64,000 bases of DNA, from assembly GCA_002440965.1 (NCBI GenBank), contig DJWJ01000015.1, forward strand, positions 34 through 64,033, in the 5' to 3' direction. Made by a program: the position numbers and the translations under genes. The notes below the pieces were generated by a model. It saw only the letters and a program-made list of their open reading frames with translations. It made no database searches and had not been told where the DNA came from. This DNA comes from Candidatus Omnitrophica bacterium UBA6233. Lineage in GTDB: Bacteria > Omnitrophota > Gorgyraeia > Gygaellales > Profunditerraquicolaceae. Positions 53,640-64,000 of the stretch are shown here, piece after piece (positions within the stretch are counted from its first letter, which is position 1; each line of letters opens with the position of its first letter).

Positions 53640-56274
53640 CTTTCACCCCTTTTAATTTTTGCACCTCGTCCTTTAGGTTATTTAATTTCTCCTTCTCTTT
53701 TCCTACGATTTCAGCGGGCGCCCGATTTAAGAAGTTTTTATCGGAGAGCATCTTTTCTTTTGAAATGATGTCGTTTTGAGCTTTTTTGATTTTGGTTTCG
53801 ATTTTCTCTTTGTGTTTTTCTATATCGATTACTCCAGCCAAAGGAATAGTTATATGCATATCCTTTAAAACGCTGGTAAATTCTCCGGCGGTTTTCTTAT
53901 ATTCGCTTAAAATCTCCAGCTTATTTAATCTGGCTAAACTTTTAATTTGACCGGAGAGTGATTCCAGGACTGTCTTTTTTGTTTCTCCGGAAGTAGCGAT
54001 TTTAACGCCTACATTTTCTTCTTGAGCAGGGATATCAAGTTCAAGCCGCATATTTCTTATGGCGGAGATTATTTCTATAGCCTCTTGCATTGTTTTCTCG
54101 GCCTTTGGATCGATTATATCTTCCTGGATATGCGGCCATGCCGAAACCATAATAGAATTATCATTGTTAGGGAGTTTGTGCCAGAGTTCTTCGGTAATAA
54201 AAGGCATAAATGGGTGCAAAACCCTTAAGGACTTTTCAAGGATTTTATACATTACGACCTGGTTATGTGGAGAGCGGATATCTGATTTAATGATCTCAAG
54301 GTACCAATCGCAGAATTCATGCCAAAAGAAAGAATAAAGCGAATTAGCTGCTTCATTAAATTGGTAATTCTCAAGGTTTTTTTCAACTTCTTTAAGAGTA
54401 GAATAAAATCTGCTTAATATCCAGCGGTTGACTAAGCTTAAGCCTTCTTTCTTAAAGAATACGCAAAGATCAGTTTTTACGAGTGTAGTATCCAAATTAA
54501 TCAAAATAAACCTGGAAGCGTTCCAGATTTTATTGGCAAAGTTTCTTCCCTGTTCAAACCTTTCTTTGGATAAAAATACATCCTGTCCCTGGGCTGTAAT
54601 GGAAATAAGGCTAAAGCGTAAAGCATCGGTACCATACTCATTGATGATTTCCAGCGGATCGATAATATTGCCCAGTGACTTGGACATTTTTTTACCTTCA
54701 ACGTCGCGCACTGTTCCGTGAATATAGACATCTTTAAAGGGAGCTTCCTGCATAAATTCAAATCCGGCCATAATCATCCGGGCTACCCAGAAGAAGATTA
54801 TCTCGGGCGCGGTAACCAGGGTTGAGGTGGGATAAAAATATTTTAAATCTTCTTTATTCTTGAAAGTAGCAAAAGGCCATAACCAGGAGGAGAACCAGGT
54901 ATCCAGCACATCTTCATCCTGGTAAATTTCCAAAGATCCGCATTCCGGGCATTTTTCCGGTTTTGTTTTGCTAACGAGTACGCCTTTTTCAGGATTTTCT
55001 TTTTGACAATTTAAGCAATAGTATACCGGTAAGCGGTGCCCCCACCAGATCTGCCTGGAAATGCACCAATCCTGGATATTCTCCATCCAATTCAGGTAAA
55101 CTTTGGTCCAGCGATTCGGGTAAAATTTAATCTTTCCTTTTTTAACCGCTTCCAATGCGGGTTTGGCAAGAGGTTTCATTTTTACAAACCATTGTTTGGA
55201 TAAATAAGGCTCGATAATAGTGTGGCAGCGGTAACAATGCCCGGCTGATAAAGGATGCGGCTCAATCTTTTCCAGTAATTTTATCTCTTTTAAGTCTTCC
55301 AAAATTACTTCTCTGGCTTCGAACCTGTCCATTCCGTTATATTCACCGGCATTCTGATTTAAGGTAGCATTGGGGTGCATAACATTGATAAATTCAAGGT
55401 TATGTTTTTTGCCCATCGCGTAATCATTCGGATCATGCGCTGGAGTAACTTTGACTGCTCCTGTCCCGAATTCCATATCAACCATATTATCCGCGATAAT
55501 TTTTATTTCGCGGTTGATTAAAGGAAGGATTAAAATTTTACCGACTAAATTCTTATACCGTTTATCTTTTGGATTAACCGCGACCGCTGTATCTCCCAGC
55601 ATGGTTTCCGGACGGGTGGTGGCTACGATTACAAATTCATTCGGGTTATCTTTGAGCGGGTATTTTAAATAGTAAAGATTGCCTTGCAGATCTTTATGCG
55701 GAGCTTCCTCGTCGGATAAAGCAGTCTGGCAGCGCGGGCACCAGTTTATTATGTAGCTTCCCCGGTAAATCAAACCTTTTTCATATAATTTGACAAAAAC
55801 ATCCACGACTGCTTTGGAATATTCCTCGTCCATGGTAAAACGCAGGCGCTTCCAATCGCAGGACGCGCCTAATTTCTTGAGTTGGCGGATAATCGTTGAG
55901 CCGTATTGTTCTTTCCAAACCCAGACGCGCTCAATGAATTTCTCACGGCCAAGATCCTGGCGCTTTAATCCTTCTTTGGCAATTGATTTTTCGACTACAT
56001 TTTGAGTGGCAATACCCGCGTGGTCAGTTCCCGGCATCCATAGAGCTTCTTTCCCTCGCATTCTTTGATAGCGGATGAGAATATCCTGGATAGTATCATT
56101 TAAAGCATGGCCCATATGCAAGATGCCGGTTACATTGGGCGGAGGAATGACTATGGTGTACGGTTTTTTCGCGGGGTCGGGTTTAGCGGCGGATAAATTA
56201 TTATCTTCCCAAAATTTATACCATTTATCCTCGGTTTCTTTGGGATTGTATTGCTTTGGAATCTCATCAATCAT
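53626..56274 (-). CDS. valS: Valine--tRNA ligase
   Basis: 'PPPNVTGILHMGHALN' HIGH motif, 'KMSKS', C-terminal coiled coil. Confidence 0.9.
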   Translation of the reverse strand: MIDEIPKQYNPKETEDKWYKFWEDNNLSAAKPDPAKKPYTIVIPPPNVTGILHMGHALNDTIQDILIRYQRMRGKEALWMPGTDHAGIATQNVVEKSIAKEGLKRQDLGREKFIERVWVWKEQYGSTIIRQLKKLGASCDWKRLRFTMDEEYSKAVVDVFVKLYEKGLIYRGSYIINWCPRCQTALSDEEAPHKDLQGNLYYLKYPLKDNPNEFVIVATTRPETMLGDTAVAVNPKDKRYKNLVGKILILPLINREIKIIADNMVDMEFGTGAVKVTPAHDPNDYAMGKKHNLEFINVMHPNATLNQNAGEYNGMDRFEAREVILEDLKEIKLLEKIEPHPLSAGHCYRCHTIIEPYLSKQWFVKMKPLAKPALEAVKKGKIKFYPNRWTKVYLNWMENIQDWCISRQIWWGHRLPVYYCLNCQKENPEKGVLVSKTKPEKCPECGSLEIYQDEDVLDTWFSSWLWPFATFKNKEDLKYFYPTSTLVTAPEIIFFWVARMIMAGFEFMQEAPFKDVYIHGTVRDVEGKKMSKSLGNIIDPLEIINEYGTDALRFSLISITAQGQDVFLSKERFEQGRNFANKIWNASRFILINLDTTLVKTDLCVFFKKEGLSLVNRWILSRFYSTLKEVEKNLENYQFNEAANSLYSFFWHEFCDWYLEIIKSDIRSPHNQVVMYKILEKSLRVLHPFMPFITEELWHKLPNNDNSIMVSAWPHIQEDIIDPKAEKTMQEAIEIISAIRNMRLELDIPAQEENVGVKIATSGETKKTVLESLSGQIKSLARLNKLEILSEYKKTAGEFTSVLKDMHITIPLAGVIDIEKHKEKIETKIKKAQNDIISKEKMLSDKNFLNRAPAEIVGKEKEKLNNLKDEVQKLKGVKDGLR

Positions 56275-57839
56275 TTAGCGTTATCTTTAAGAAGTTTATA
56301 TTCGATGCTGTCAACCAGGGCTTGCCAGCTGGCTTCGATGATATTTCCCGATACGCCAATAGTATTCCAGCTTTCCAATTCATCCTGGGACTGAATCAAA
56401 ACCCTGACTCTGGCGGCTGTGCCTGCTTTTTCATCCAGCACGCGGACTTTAAAATCAGAAAGATGCATTTTAGAAAGCGTAGGATAGAAATCTTTTAAAG
56501 CTTTACGCAAAGCGTTATCCAGGGCATTGACCGGACCGTCCCCATCAGCGGCAGTATGTTCTTTCACTCCCTTTACCTTAATTTTGATAATTGCTTCGGT
56601 GGTGATCTCTTTATCGGATTTTTTTTCAATTACCACTCGAAAACCCTCTAGCTCAAAAAATTTCTTGTATTTTTTAAGGGCGCGTTTCATTAAGAGATCA
56701 AAAGATCCTTCAGCTGCTTCGAAGTGGTATCCTTCGTGCTCTAGTTTTTGCACAAGCTTGAGAATCTTTTTGGTTTTCGGGTCTTCCTTGTTCAAATCCA
56801 GGTCAATATCTTTTGCCCGGATCAATACTCCGGTTTTTCCGGCAAGTTCCGAAACCAGGATCCTGCGGTGATTTCCTACCAATGTAGGATCGATATGTTC
56901 ATAGGTCAAGGAATTTTTCATTACCGCGTTGATGTGCATTCCGCCTTTATGGGCAAAACTGGATTCGCCGACATACGGCTGATCCGGACGCTGCCTCATA
57001 TTGCTGATTTCACTTATGAAATGCGACACATGGGTCAATTCTTTTAATTTATCATCAGGTATACAATCAACACCCATTTTTAATTTTAAATTGGCAATAA
57101 TCGGGATTAAATCCGCGTTCCCGCAGCGTTCGCCAATGCCGTTAATGGTCCCTTGGATCATATCTGCGCCGGCTTCCACCGCGGCCAGAGAATTAGCAAT
57201 GGCTAATCCGGCATCATTATGGCAATGAATGCCGAGGTTGACATTGATCTTGCCACGGATTGCGGCTGTTATATCCTTGATTTCGGAAGTTAGTGTTCCT
57301 CCGTTGGTATCGCAGAGGCAAATTGCTTTTGCTCCGGCTTCCTGGGCGCAAAGAACAGTTTTTAAAGCGTAGCTGCTATTTGCTTTATAAGCGTCAAAGA
57401 AATGCTCAGCATCGTAAAAAACAGTTATTCCTTTGGAAGCCAGAAAGCTCACTGTATCTTTGATCATCTCCAGATTTTCATCAAGCGTGGCTTTTAAAAC
57501 ATCGGTTACATGCATATCCCAGGTTTTACCGACGATAGTGATAATTTCAGTTTGTGATTTAAACAAGGCTTTGATGTTCGGATCTTCCGAAGCTTTTGAG
57601 TTAAGCCTGCGGGTCATGCTAAAAGCGCAAAGTTTACTGTTCTTTAGCCTGATTTTAGACATTTTCAGGAAAAAATCCATATCCTTGGGATTAGAGCCGG
57701 GCCATCCGCCTTCGATATATTGGACTCCCAGCAAATCCAATTCTTTGGCAATACTAACCTTATCCATTGCTGAATAAGAGATACCTTCTCCTTGAGCTCC
57801 GTCGCGTAAAGTCGTATCGTAAATTTTAACTTTAAGCAT
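56271..57839 (-). CDS. Citramalate / 2-isopropylmalate synthase family (CimA-like)
   Basis: 'LKVKIYDTTLRDGAQGEGISYS' DRE-TIM start plus LeuA-dimerisation C-domain; embedded in a thr/ile biosynthesis array. Confidence 0.8.
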   Translation of the reverse strand: MLKVKIYDTTLRDGAQGEGISYSAMDKVSIAKELDLLGVQYIEGGWPGSNPKDMDFFLKMSKIRLKNSKLCAFSMTRRLNSKASEDPNIKALFKSQTEIITIVGKTWDMHVTDVLKATLDENLEMIKDTVSFLASKGITVFYDAEHFFDAYKANSSYALKTVLCAQEAGAKAICLCDTNGGTLTSEIKDITAAIRGKINVNLGIHCHNDAGLAIANSLAAVEAGADMIQGTINGIGERCGNADLIPIIANLKLKMGVDCIPDDKLKELTHVSHFISEISNMRQRPDQPYVGESSFAHKGGMHINAVMKNSLTYEHIDPTLVGNHRRILVSELAGKTGVLIRAKDIDLDLNKEDPKTKKILKLVQKLEHEGYHFEAAEGSFDLLMKRALKKYKKFFELEGFRVVIEKKSDKEITTEAIIKIKVKGVKEHTAADGDGPVNALDNALRKALKDFYPTLSKMHLSDFKVRVLDEKAGTAARVRVLIQSQDELESWNTIGVSGNIIEASWQALVDSIEYKLLKDNAK

Positions 57840-57850
57840 ATTAACCTCTT

Positions 57851-59071
57851 TTATTTTCCCAAGCCAAATTTTTCATGCAAAGATTTAACCGCTGTTTCCG
57901 CGAATTTATTCTTGATTATACAGGATATACTTATATCGGAAGTCGAGATCATCTCGATATTGATTTTGTTTTTTGCCAGGGTATCGAACATTCCGGCGGC
58001 AACTCCCGAATGCGATTTCATCCCTACGCCTACAATGGAAACTCGCGCGATATCTTCATCTTCTAAAACTTCTTCTATTCCTAATGAAAGCGCGATCTTA
58101 CGGGTAATTTTAATTGCCCTGGCCGCCTCGGCTTTAGAGACGGTAAAAGATATATCGGTTTGGCGCAAGTGGCTGACGTTTTGGACGATCATATCCACGT
58201 TAAGCCCCTCATCGGCAAGAGTTTTAAATATCTTGGCGGCTACTCCTGGTTTGTCAGGGACATTGCAAATAGTGATTTTGGCTTCGTTCCTGTTTAAAGT
58301 AACCGCGCTGACAACAACTTCCTCCATTTTATTAACCTCCTTAATAATCATAGTGCCAGGTTTTAAAGAAAATGATGAACGCACATGTATCGGGACATTG
58401 AATTTCTTGGCTACTTCGATTGAACGGGCCTGCATTACCTGCGCGCCCAGTGACGCCATCTCCAGCATTTCATCATAAGTAATCGATTCTATTTTTTTGG
58501 CTTTTGGTTCGATTCTCGGGTCAGTGGTATAGATTCCTTCGACATCAGTGTATATTTCGCATTCGTCAGCTTTCAATTCTTTAGCTAAAGCAACTGCGGT
58601 TAAATCCGAACCTCCTCTGCCAAGAGTGGTGATGTCTTGTTCAGGGGTCATCCCTTGGAAACCTGCGACAATAACAATCTTGCCTTTTTTTAACGCTTCT
58701 TTGATCTTCTCGCCGTTTATTTTAACTATTCTGGCCCGGGTATGCCTTGAATCCGTAATGATGCCTACTTGGGGTCCGGTAAATGATATGGCTTCAAAAC
58801 CCAGTTTATGAATTGCCATTGCCAAAAGAGCGACAGAAATTTGTTCGCCGGTGGATAAAAGCATATCCATTTCGCGTTCACTGGGTTCGGTATTAATCTT
58901 GTCGGCTAATTCAATTAACTCATCTGTGGTATCACCTAAAGCCGAGACAACAACCACCAAGTTATTCCCCCTTTTGCGGTAATTAACTACCCTATCGGCG
59001 ACTTTTTGAATCCTTTCGACATTAGCAACGGAAGATCCGCCGAATTTTTGAACAATCAATCTTTTTTCCAT
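57851..59071 (-). CDS. lysC: Aspartate kinase with tandem ACT domains
   Basis: 'IVQKFGGSSV' and two C-terminal ACT domains. Confidence 0.9.
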   Translation of the reverse strand: MEKRLIVQKFGGSSVANVERIQKVADRVVNYRKRGNNLVVVVSALGDTTDELIELADKINTEPSEREMDMLLSTGEQISVALLAMAIHKLGFEAISFTGPQVGIITDSRHTRARIVKINGEKIKEALKKGKIVIVAGFQGMTPEQDITTLGRGGSDLTAVALAKELKADECEIYTDVEGIYTTDPRIEPKAKKIESITYDEMLEMASLGAQVMQARSIEVAKKFNVPIHVRSSFSLKPGTMIIKEVNKMEEVVVSAVTLNRNEAKITICNVPDKPGVAAKIFKTLADEGLNVDMIVQNVSHLRQTDISFTVSKAEAARAIKITRKIALSLGIEEVLEDEDIARVSIVGVGMKSHSGVAAGMFDTLAKNKINIEMISTSDISISCIIKNKFAETAVKSLHEKFGLGK

Positions 59072-59095
59072 TTATCTTTATTTCTCCTCGATGAA

Positions 59096-60298
59096 TTAAG
59101 CAGCTCCTTTAATAAAATAGTCCATTAATTCATGTCCTTTGTCAAAATAAAGGTCGGATTTAAGCGATTCCTTTTCGCTGTATTCCAGAAATCCCCTGGC
59201 AACAATATCCTGGCCAAATACTCCAAAAGGCACAACATCTTTAGTATGTGTTTTCTTCGCGACAGGAGTGGCATGATCCGGCAAAATCATGATTCTAAAG
59301 TTATGTTTATTTTTCAAAGATTTAAGGATACGTCCCAGGATCAGCTGGTCAAACCTTTCAATTGCGGTGATTTTTTCCCTTAAATCGCCGTTATGCCCCG
59401 CTTCATCGGCTGCCTCAACATGCACAAACACAAAGTCATGATTTTTTAATGAATTTAAAGCGGCTATCGCCTTGCCTTCGTAATTGGTATCGTAATAACC
59501 GGTTGCGCCGGGAACATTGATAACTTCAAGCCCCAAAAGTCTTCCCAAGCCCTTAATCAAATCTACAGCGGAAATTACGCTTCCGTTTAAGCCGTATTTA
59601 TCGGTAAAACTCGGCATATTCGGTTGTTTTCCTTGCCCCCAGAGCCAAATCATATTCGCGGGATTTTCTTTTAGATCGATACGCACCAGATTAATTTCAT
59701 GTTTGCCTAGGATTTGACGGGAATCTTCCATCAATTTGGTAATAATTTCGCTAGAATCCCCTTTGGGTAAATTTTCCAATATTTTCTCTCCGGAAATATC
59801 ATGAGGGGCTTTACATCGGAGTTTCTCGAGATGTTCATCAGCCCCTCTTTTGGCTACCATAATATGGCGATAGCTTATTCCGGGGTAAAACTTGATTCGG
59901 TTTGTCCCTAAAATGCTGTCGATACGTTCAATAAGTATGGCTGCTTCCTTCGAGCTTATATGTCCGGCGCTGTAATCTGTAAGCCTATCAGCTGCAACGG
60001 TTACGAGGTTGCAGCGGAAAGCCACATCGTCATCCTCAAGTTTGATTCCAAGATTTGCTGCTTCAAGCGGGCCTCTACCGGTATAGTATTTTCTTGGATC
60101 ATAGCCAAAAATACTAATCTGCGCTACATCTGAACCGGGAATAAAACCTTCGGGGATAGTTTTTACTCTTCCTAACCTTCCGTGTTTGGCGATGAAATCC
60201 ATATTTGGAGTTTTTGCGGCTTCCAAAGGCGTTCGTTCCCCTAATTCAGGAATCGGGTAATCGCTCATTCCATCGCAAACCAAAACAATATATTTCAT
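59096..60298 (-). CDS. apgM: Cofactor-independent phosphoglycerate mutase, archaeal-type
   Basis: 'MKYIVLVCDGMSDYPIPELGERTPLEAAKTPNMD' typical ApgM N-terminus. Confidence 0.85.
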   Translation of the reverse strand: MKYIVLVCDGMSDYPIPELGERTPLEAAKTPNMDFIAKHGRLGRVKTIPEGFIPGSDVAQISIFGYDPRKYYTGRGPLEAANLGIKLEDDDVAFRCNLVTVAADRLTDYSAGHISSKEAAILIERIDSILGTNRIKFYPGISYRHIMVAKRGADEHLEKLRCKAPHDISGEKILENLPKGDSSEIITKLMEDSRQILGKHEINLVRIDLKENPANMIWLWGQGKQPNMPSFTDKYGLNGSVISAVDLIKGLGRLLGLEVINVPGATGYYDTNYEGKAIAALNSLKNHDFVFVHVEAADEAGHNGDLREKITAIERFDQLILGRILKSLKNKHNFRIMILPDHATPVAKKTHTKDVVPFGVFGQDIVARGFLEYSEKESLKSDLYFDKGHELMDYFIKGAA

Positions 60299-60951
60299 AT
60301 TTTTTCCCCAAGTAAATCAATCAGAGATTTTACCATCTTTTCCTTTGATGAAATCCGGCCGCTGTTTTTTTCTTTACTGACTAAATATGCGGCATACCGT
60401 CTATTTTTCGAGGTATTGGCTACGACCAGGTCAAGACTGGAATTTTTAAGCAAAGAACGTCCTTTATTTACTAATTTATTTCCTGATAAATCCGGTTCAA
60501 ACTTAAATCCGACTAGGAATGAACCAAGCGCAGCCTTACGCAAACTAGCTATAATTTTAGGTGTGCGCTTAAAAGCCAATTCCAAAATATTTTTGTCAGA
60601 GTTAATCTTGGTTTTGCTTACCTTAATTGGCCGGTAATCCGAAATAGCCGCAGCCTGAATTATCGCGTCATATTTCTTTTTAAGCGCGTTTTTTACTAAT
60701 GAATTTAATTCGTCAAAGAACTTAAAATTTACGACTTTAATTTTCTTGTTTAAAGAATAAGCGCCAATCGGGCCAAGTAATAATGTTATTTTCGCGCCTC
60801 TTTTGGTTAAGTCTTCAGCCAACAAGATCCCGGTTTTACCGGTTGAAGTATTGCTAATTACTCTTACATTGTCTATCGGAACCCAAGTAGGCCCGGCAGT
60901 GATTAAGATTTTTTTATTTTTAAGCATATTTACTTTAATGTCAAATGACAA
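60295..60951 (-). CDS. coaB: Phosphopantothenate--cysteine ligase (monofunctional CoaB domain only)
   Basis: 'KKILITAGPTWVPIDNVRVISNTSTGKTG' CoaB signature; only 218 aa with no CoaC half. Confidence 0.8.
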   Translation of the reverse strand: MSFDIKVNMLKNKKILITAGPTWVPIDNVRVISNTSTGKTGILLAEDLTKRGAKITLLLGPIGAYSLNKKIKVVNFKFFDELNSLVKNALKKKYDAIIQAAAISDYRPIKVSKTKINSDKNILELAFKRTPKIIASLRKAALGSFLVGFKFEPDLSGNKLVNKGRSLLKNSSLDLVVANTSKNRRYAAYLVSKEKNSGRISSKEKMVKSLIDLLGEKI

Positions 60952-61058
60952 AGCACAAAATTCAAAATAAATTTAAATGTCAAAATAAAAATGAAAAAAC
61001 ATCTGTTTTGAAATTTGAGCTTTAGATTTATTTTGTGCTTTGAATTTTGTCATTTGAA
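60939..61058. repeat. AT-rich imperfect-palindrome repeat (copy 5)
   Basis: 'GTCAAATGACAAAGCACAAAATTCAAAATAAATTTAAATGTCAAAAT...TTTGAGCTTTAGATTTATTTTGTGCTTTGAATTTTGTCATTTG'. Confidence 0.7.
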
Positions 61059-61062
61059 TTTA

Positions 61063-62124
61063 TCAGTACCCAATCTCTTTAAGAATAGATTTCATCTCAG
61101 GTTTGATAACCTTAGGCGCTTTTACGCTTTTTATCGCTCTGTCAGGGTCTTTTAATCCATGGCCGGTCAAAATACAGACTATTTTTTTCGAAGATTGCTC
61201 TTTGAAATATCCGTTTTTATGAAGTTTAAGTAAACCTGCCACTGATGATGCGCTGGCAGGTTCCGCGAATACGCCGTCATTAAGCGCGAGTATCTTGTAA
61301 GCTTCTAAAATTTGATCGTCTGAAACTATATCGATTAAACCGCCGGATTCATCTCGGGCGTTTTCCGCCTGCTTCCAACTAGCCGGATTTCCAATGCGAA
61401 TGGCAGTTGCGATTGTTTCAGGTTTTTTTATCGGATGGCCCAGAACTATAGGCGCTGCTCCTTCTGCCTGAAAACCTAACATCTTCGGCAATTTTTTGGA
61501 TAGGCCAGCCTCTTTATATTCTTTATATCCTTTCCAGTAAGCCGTGATATTTCCGGCATTTCCTACCGGCATAATCTGAAAATCCGGAGCATCATCCAAA
61601 AAATCACAGATTTCAAAGCTTCCTGTTTTTTGGCCTTCGATACGGTAAGGATTAAGCGAATTTACAAGCGTAACCGGATATTTAACAGTAATTTCGCGCG
61701 CCAAGCCTAAAGCATCGTCAAAATTTCCATCTATTGCCAGCACTTGTGCTCCATGAATCAAAGCTTGGCTTAACTTGCCTAAGGCAATTGCTCCACTGGG
61801 AATAAGGACAATACATTTTATTCCGGCGCGGGCAGCGTAAGCAGCCGCAGAAGCTGAGGTATTTCCTGTGGATGCGCACATTACGGCTTTTGCTCCTTCT
61901 TCACAGGCTTTAGAGATAGCCAGCGTCATCCCCCTGTCTTTAAAGGAGCCTGTAGGATTAAGCCCTTCATATTTTAGATAAACTTCGAAATCGTCTCCTA
62001 AAAGTCGGCTCAAATATTTGGAGTAAATTAAAGGGGTATTCCCTTCGTTTAAAGTAATTACCGGAGTTTTATCCGTTACCGGCAGGTATTTTTTATATTT
62101 ATCGATTAACCCCAGGTATTTCAC
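61063..62124 (-). CDS. thrC: Threonine synthase
   Basis: PLP site '[10 protein letters not shown]'; 353 aa. Confidence 0.9.
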   Translation of the reverse strand: MKYLGLIDKYKKYLPVTDKTPVITLNEGNTPLIYSKYLSRLLGDDFEVYLKYEGLNPTGSFKDRGMTLAISKACEEGAKAVMCASTGNTSASAAAYAARAGIKCIVLIPSGAIALGKLSQALIHGAQVLAIDGNFDDALGLAREITVKYPVTLVNSLNPYRIEGQKTGSFEICDFLDDAPDFQIMPVGNAGNITAYWKGYKEYKEAGLSKKLPKMLGFQAEGAAPIVLGHPIKKPETIATAIRIGNPASWKQAENARDESGGLIDIVSDDQILEAYKILALNDGVFAEPASASSVAGLLKLHKNGYFKEQSSKKIVCILTGHGLKDPDRAIKSVKAPKVIKPEMKSILKEIGY

Positions 62125-63416
62125 ACTTCCTCCATCCTGATTGCTACTGATTTTTCCTTGATTCCATCCATTCTGTCAATGATGTTTAAGGCCTGGCGGA
62201 TACTTTTTTCTTTAGCCTGATGTATAACCATGACAATTGGGACTAGCTGGGCTTTGCTCGGTTCTTTTTGAGTTACCGAAGCAATGCTTATTCCTAATTT
62301 AGCTAGTACTCCTGATATTTTAGCCAGGACACCTGGTTTATCGACAGCTGTAAAACGAATATAGTACCGGCTTTCAAAATCATCAATTTTACGTAATTTT
62401 TCGACACTTTTATCCGTAACGGTTTTTAGGGTAGGCCTAAAAAGACCTGCTTTAATGTCTTGGGTTAAGTCCACTAAATCCGAAACTACTGCCGAGGCGG
62501 CGGATAACTGTCCTGCTCCGGGTCCATAGAATAATAGATTTCCCGCTAGGTCGCTGGAAACGTATATGGCGTTGAATACTCCCTCAACCGAAGATAATAA
62601 ATGATCTTTAGGAATAAGGGTTGGATGTACCCTTACTTCTAAATCTTCATTTTCTTTTTTGGCGATCGCCAGTAATTTAATTTCAAAACCCAATTCTCGG
62701 GCATAATTTACATCAGCTAAAGAAATACGCGATATGCCTTCGATGAATACGTCTTCTAAATCTACAAATCTTCCAAATGATAAATAAGTAAGTAGGATTA
62801 ATTTATGGGCTGAATCCATACCTTCTATGTCCAGAGTGGGATCTTTTTCCGCAAATCCTTTTAAGCGGGCAACTTTAAGCGCTTCTTCAAAGCTGCAGTT
62901 ATTTTTAGACATAGAAGACAATATGTAATTAGAAGTTCCGTTTACGATGCCGAATATACTGTTGAATTTATTGGCAACTAGCCCTTCCCGAAGAGATTTA
63001 ATAATCGGAATTCCTGCTCCGACAGAAGCTTCGAAATAAATGCTTTTACCGCGGTCAGCCGCTTCAGCAAATAGCTCTTGCCCTGCCTGCGCAAGAAGCG
63101 CCTTGTTAGCGGTAACCACATTTTTGCCTTTTTTTAAAGCCTCAAGGATAAATTCTTTTGCCGGGTGGACTCCTCCCATCAGTTCGACTAAAATATCGAT
63201 TTGCGGGTCATTAATCAATTCTTTTATATCGCGAGTCAGTATCTCTTTATTCACGGAAACATTGCGTCGGCTTGATATATCCTGATCGCAGATTCTTTTT
63301 ATATTTATATCCAAGCCGGTTTTTTCGCTTAATAAAGACTTTCTGTCGCGCAAAATTTTTACTACGCCAGAACCGATATTGCCAAAACCGACTAAACCTA
63401 CATTAATCCTTTTCAT
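62121..63416 (-). CDS. hom: Homoserine dehydrogenase
   Basis: '[15 protein letters not shown]' NAD-binding start and C-terminal ACT domain. Confidence 0.9.
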   Translation of the reverse strand: MKRINVGLVGFGNIGSGVVKILRDRKSLLSEKTGLDINIKRICDQDISSRRNVSVNKEILTRDIKELINDPQIDILVELMGGVHPAKEFILEALKKGKNVVTANKALLAQAGQELFAEAADRGKSIYFEASVGAGIPIIKSLREGLVANKFNSIFGIVNGTSNYILSSMSKNNCSFEEALKVARLKGFAEKDPTLDIEGMDSAHKLILLTYLSFGRFVDLEDVFIEGISRISLADVNYARELGFEIKLLAIAKKENEDLEVRVHPTLIPKDHLLSSVEGVFNAIYVSSDLAGNLLFYGPGAGQLSAASAVVSDLVDLTQDIKAGLFRPTLKTVTDKSVEKLRKIDDFESRYYIRFTAVDKPGVLAKISGVLAKLGISIASVTQKEPSKAQLVPIVMVIHQAKEKSIRQALNIIDRMDGIKEKSVAIRMEEV

Positions 63417-63778
63417 TATCCTTCCTTTTCTTTCTTGATATAATAACCCACTGTTTCATTGATAACTTTTCTATGTCTTTCGTCTACCGCCAAGAATTCA
63501 ATCCTAGTATCATAAATCATATCTTCTATTATTTCTTTGGATTCAAGCACCCTGCCTATTATCATTATGGGGTGTGGGTCAAACGGCAGCCTTATTTCCA
63601 GCGCCAAGTTTACCCCGCTGTCAAATCTTTTATTGGTGGTTAAAAGCATCCCGCCCATACAGATATTCTTAGTCTGGCTTATATCAATATTATCGCTTTC
63701 GTTCATTATGCGGTAAGAAACAATGAATCGACCGGTAACCCGCGGATGTTTTCTTCTTTCCGGACCATTGTAGCCCAT
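63416..63778 (-). CDS. PilZ domain protein
   Basis: 'RRKHPRVTGRF' and 'NICMGGMLL' PilZ motifs; stop overlaps the hom start by 1 nt. Confidence 0.65.
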   Translation of the reverse strand: MGYNGPERRKHPRVTGRFIVSYRIMNESDNIDISQTKNICMGGMLLTTNKRFDSGVNLALEIRLPFDPHPIMIIGRVLESKEIIEDMIYDTRIEFLAVDERHRKVINETVGYYIKKEKEG

Positions 63779-64000
63779 CTAACACCTCCATATTTTAGCC
63801 TATCAGGATCAATCCTAAAGTAAGCTAGAGCGCTTAAGCCGAATTATGTCGAAGGTTTGACAGACACCATGAAATGTATTCATGTATCAAAGCTTTCTGC
63901 TTTTCTTCCAATTCCAGAAATGAAATTCTTAAAAGAGAGGTTTGTAAATTTGAATCGATACTGCTATTTTTGGGGCCTTCGACAGCCACAATCGTTCCGG

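Noticed and set aside
39336-61058. AT-rich repeats considered as a possible CRISPR array or as rRNA/tRNA-derived elements
   Set aside because: Copies are dispersed tens of kb apart rather than regularly spaced, are imperfect palindromes rather than identical direct repeats with unique spacers, and no cas genes are present.

Overview
The window is a 64-kb bacterial chromosomal segment with roughly 65 protein genes and one tRNA. There is no rRNA, CRISPR array, transposase or integrase. The family mix (GH57 glucan enzyme, archaeal-type apgM, type III PanK, monofunctional CoaB, short AspRS) suggests an uncultivated, non-proteobacterial lineage.

Positions 1-13.8 kb are all on the + strand and look accessory: the C-terminal end of an MBG-repeat surface protein, an AbiEi/AbiEii abortive-infection pair, PilZ / Zn-ribbon / PilZ genes, a DUF4416 / PflX-like radical SAM / DUF2062 triplet, cstA, a DUF362 gene remnant, yajQ, and an SOS cassette (lexA, an unknown 102-codon orf, dinB). 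Around 14 kb transcription converges on a long - strand array. That array starts with a candidate glucan cluster (GH57, a membrane CBM-like protein, a ParA/MinD ATPase fused to a CBM48/AMPK-beta glycogen-binding domain, a lysine-rich small protein). It then runs through a dense housekeeping block: porin, PHP, tRNA-Arg, apt, sigma factor, ppdK, glyQS, panB, mgtA, apbE, panE, recO, ybeY, an HD-7TM protein, phoH, aspS, hisS, HU, dnaE, guaA, an IMPDH-like gene, groESL with a CIRCE operator, coaX, uvrB, nadC, valS, a cimA/leuA-type synthase, lysC, apgM, coaB, thrC, hom and a PilZ gene.

Three unrelated families of palindromic intergenic repeats are scattered through the - strand array. One is a GC-rich AGGGACGGTTCT...AGAACCGTCCCT hairpin family (four copies). 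One is an AT-rich ~130-bp imperfect-palindrome family (five copies). The third is an inverted-repeat family that flanks a frameshifted four-helix-bundle gene of the 23S-rRNA-IVS protein family and also occurs as two solo copies.

The most interesting candidate is the ParA-CBM48 fusion operon, which may be a glycogen-granule positioning system. Many ORF-track entries carry N-terminal extensions read into repeat DNA, and the coordinates below are adjusted where homology indicates the true start.
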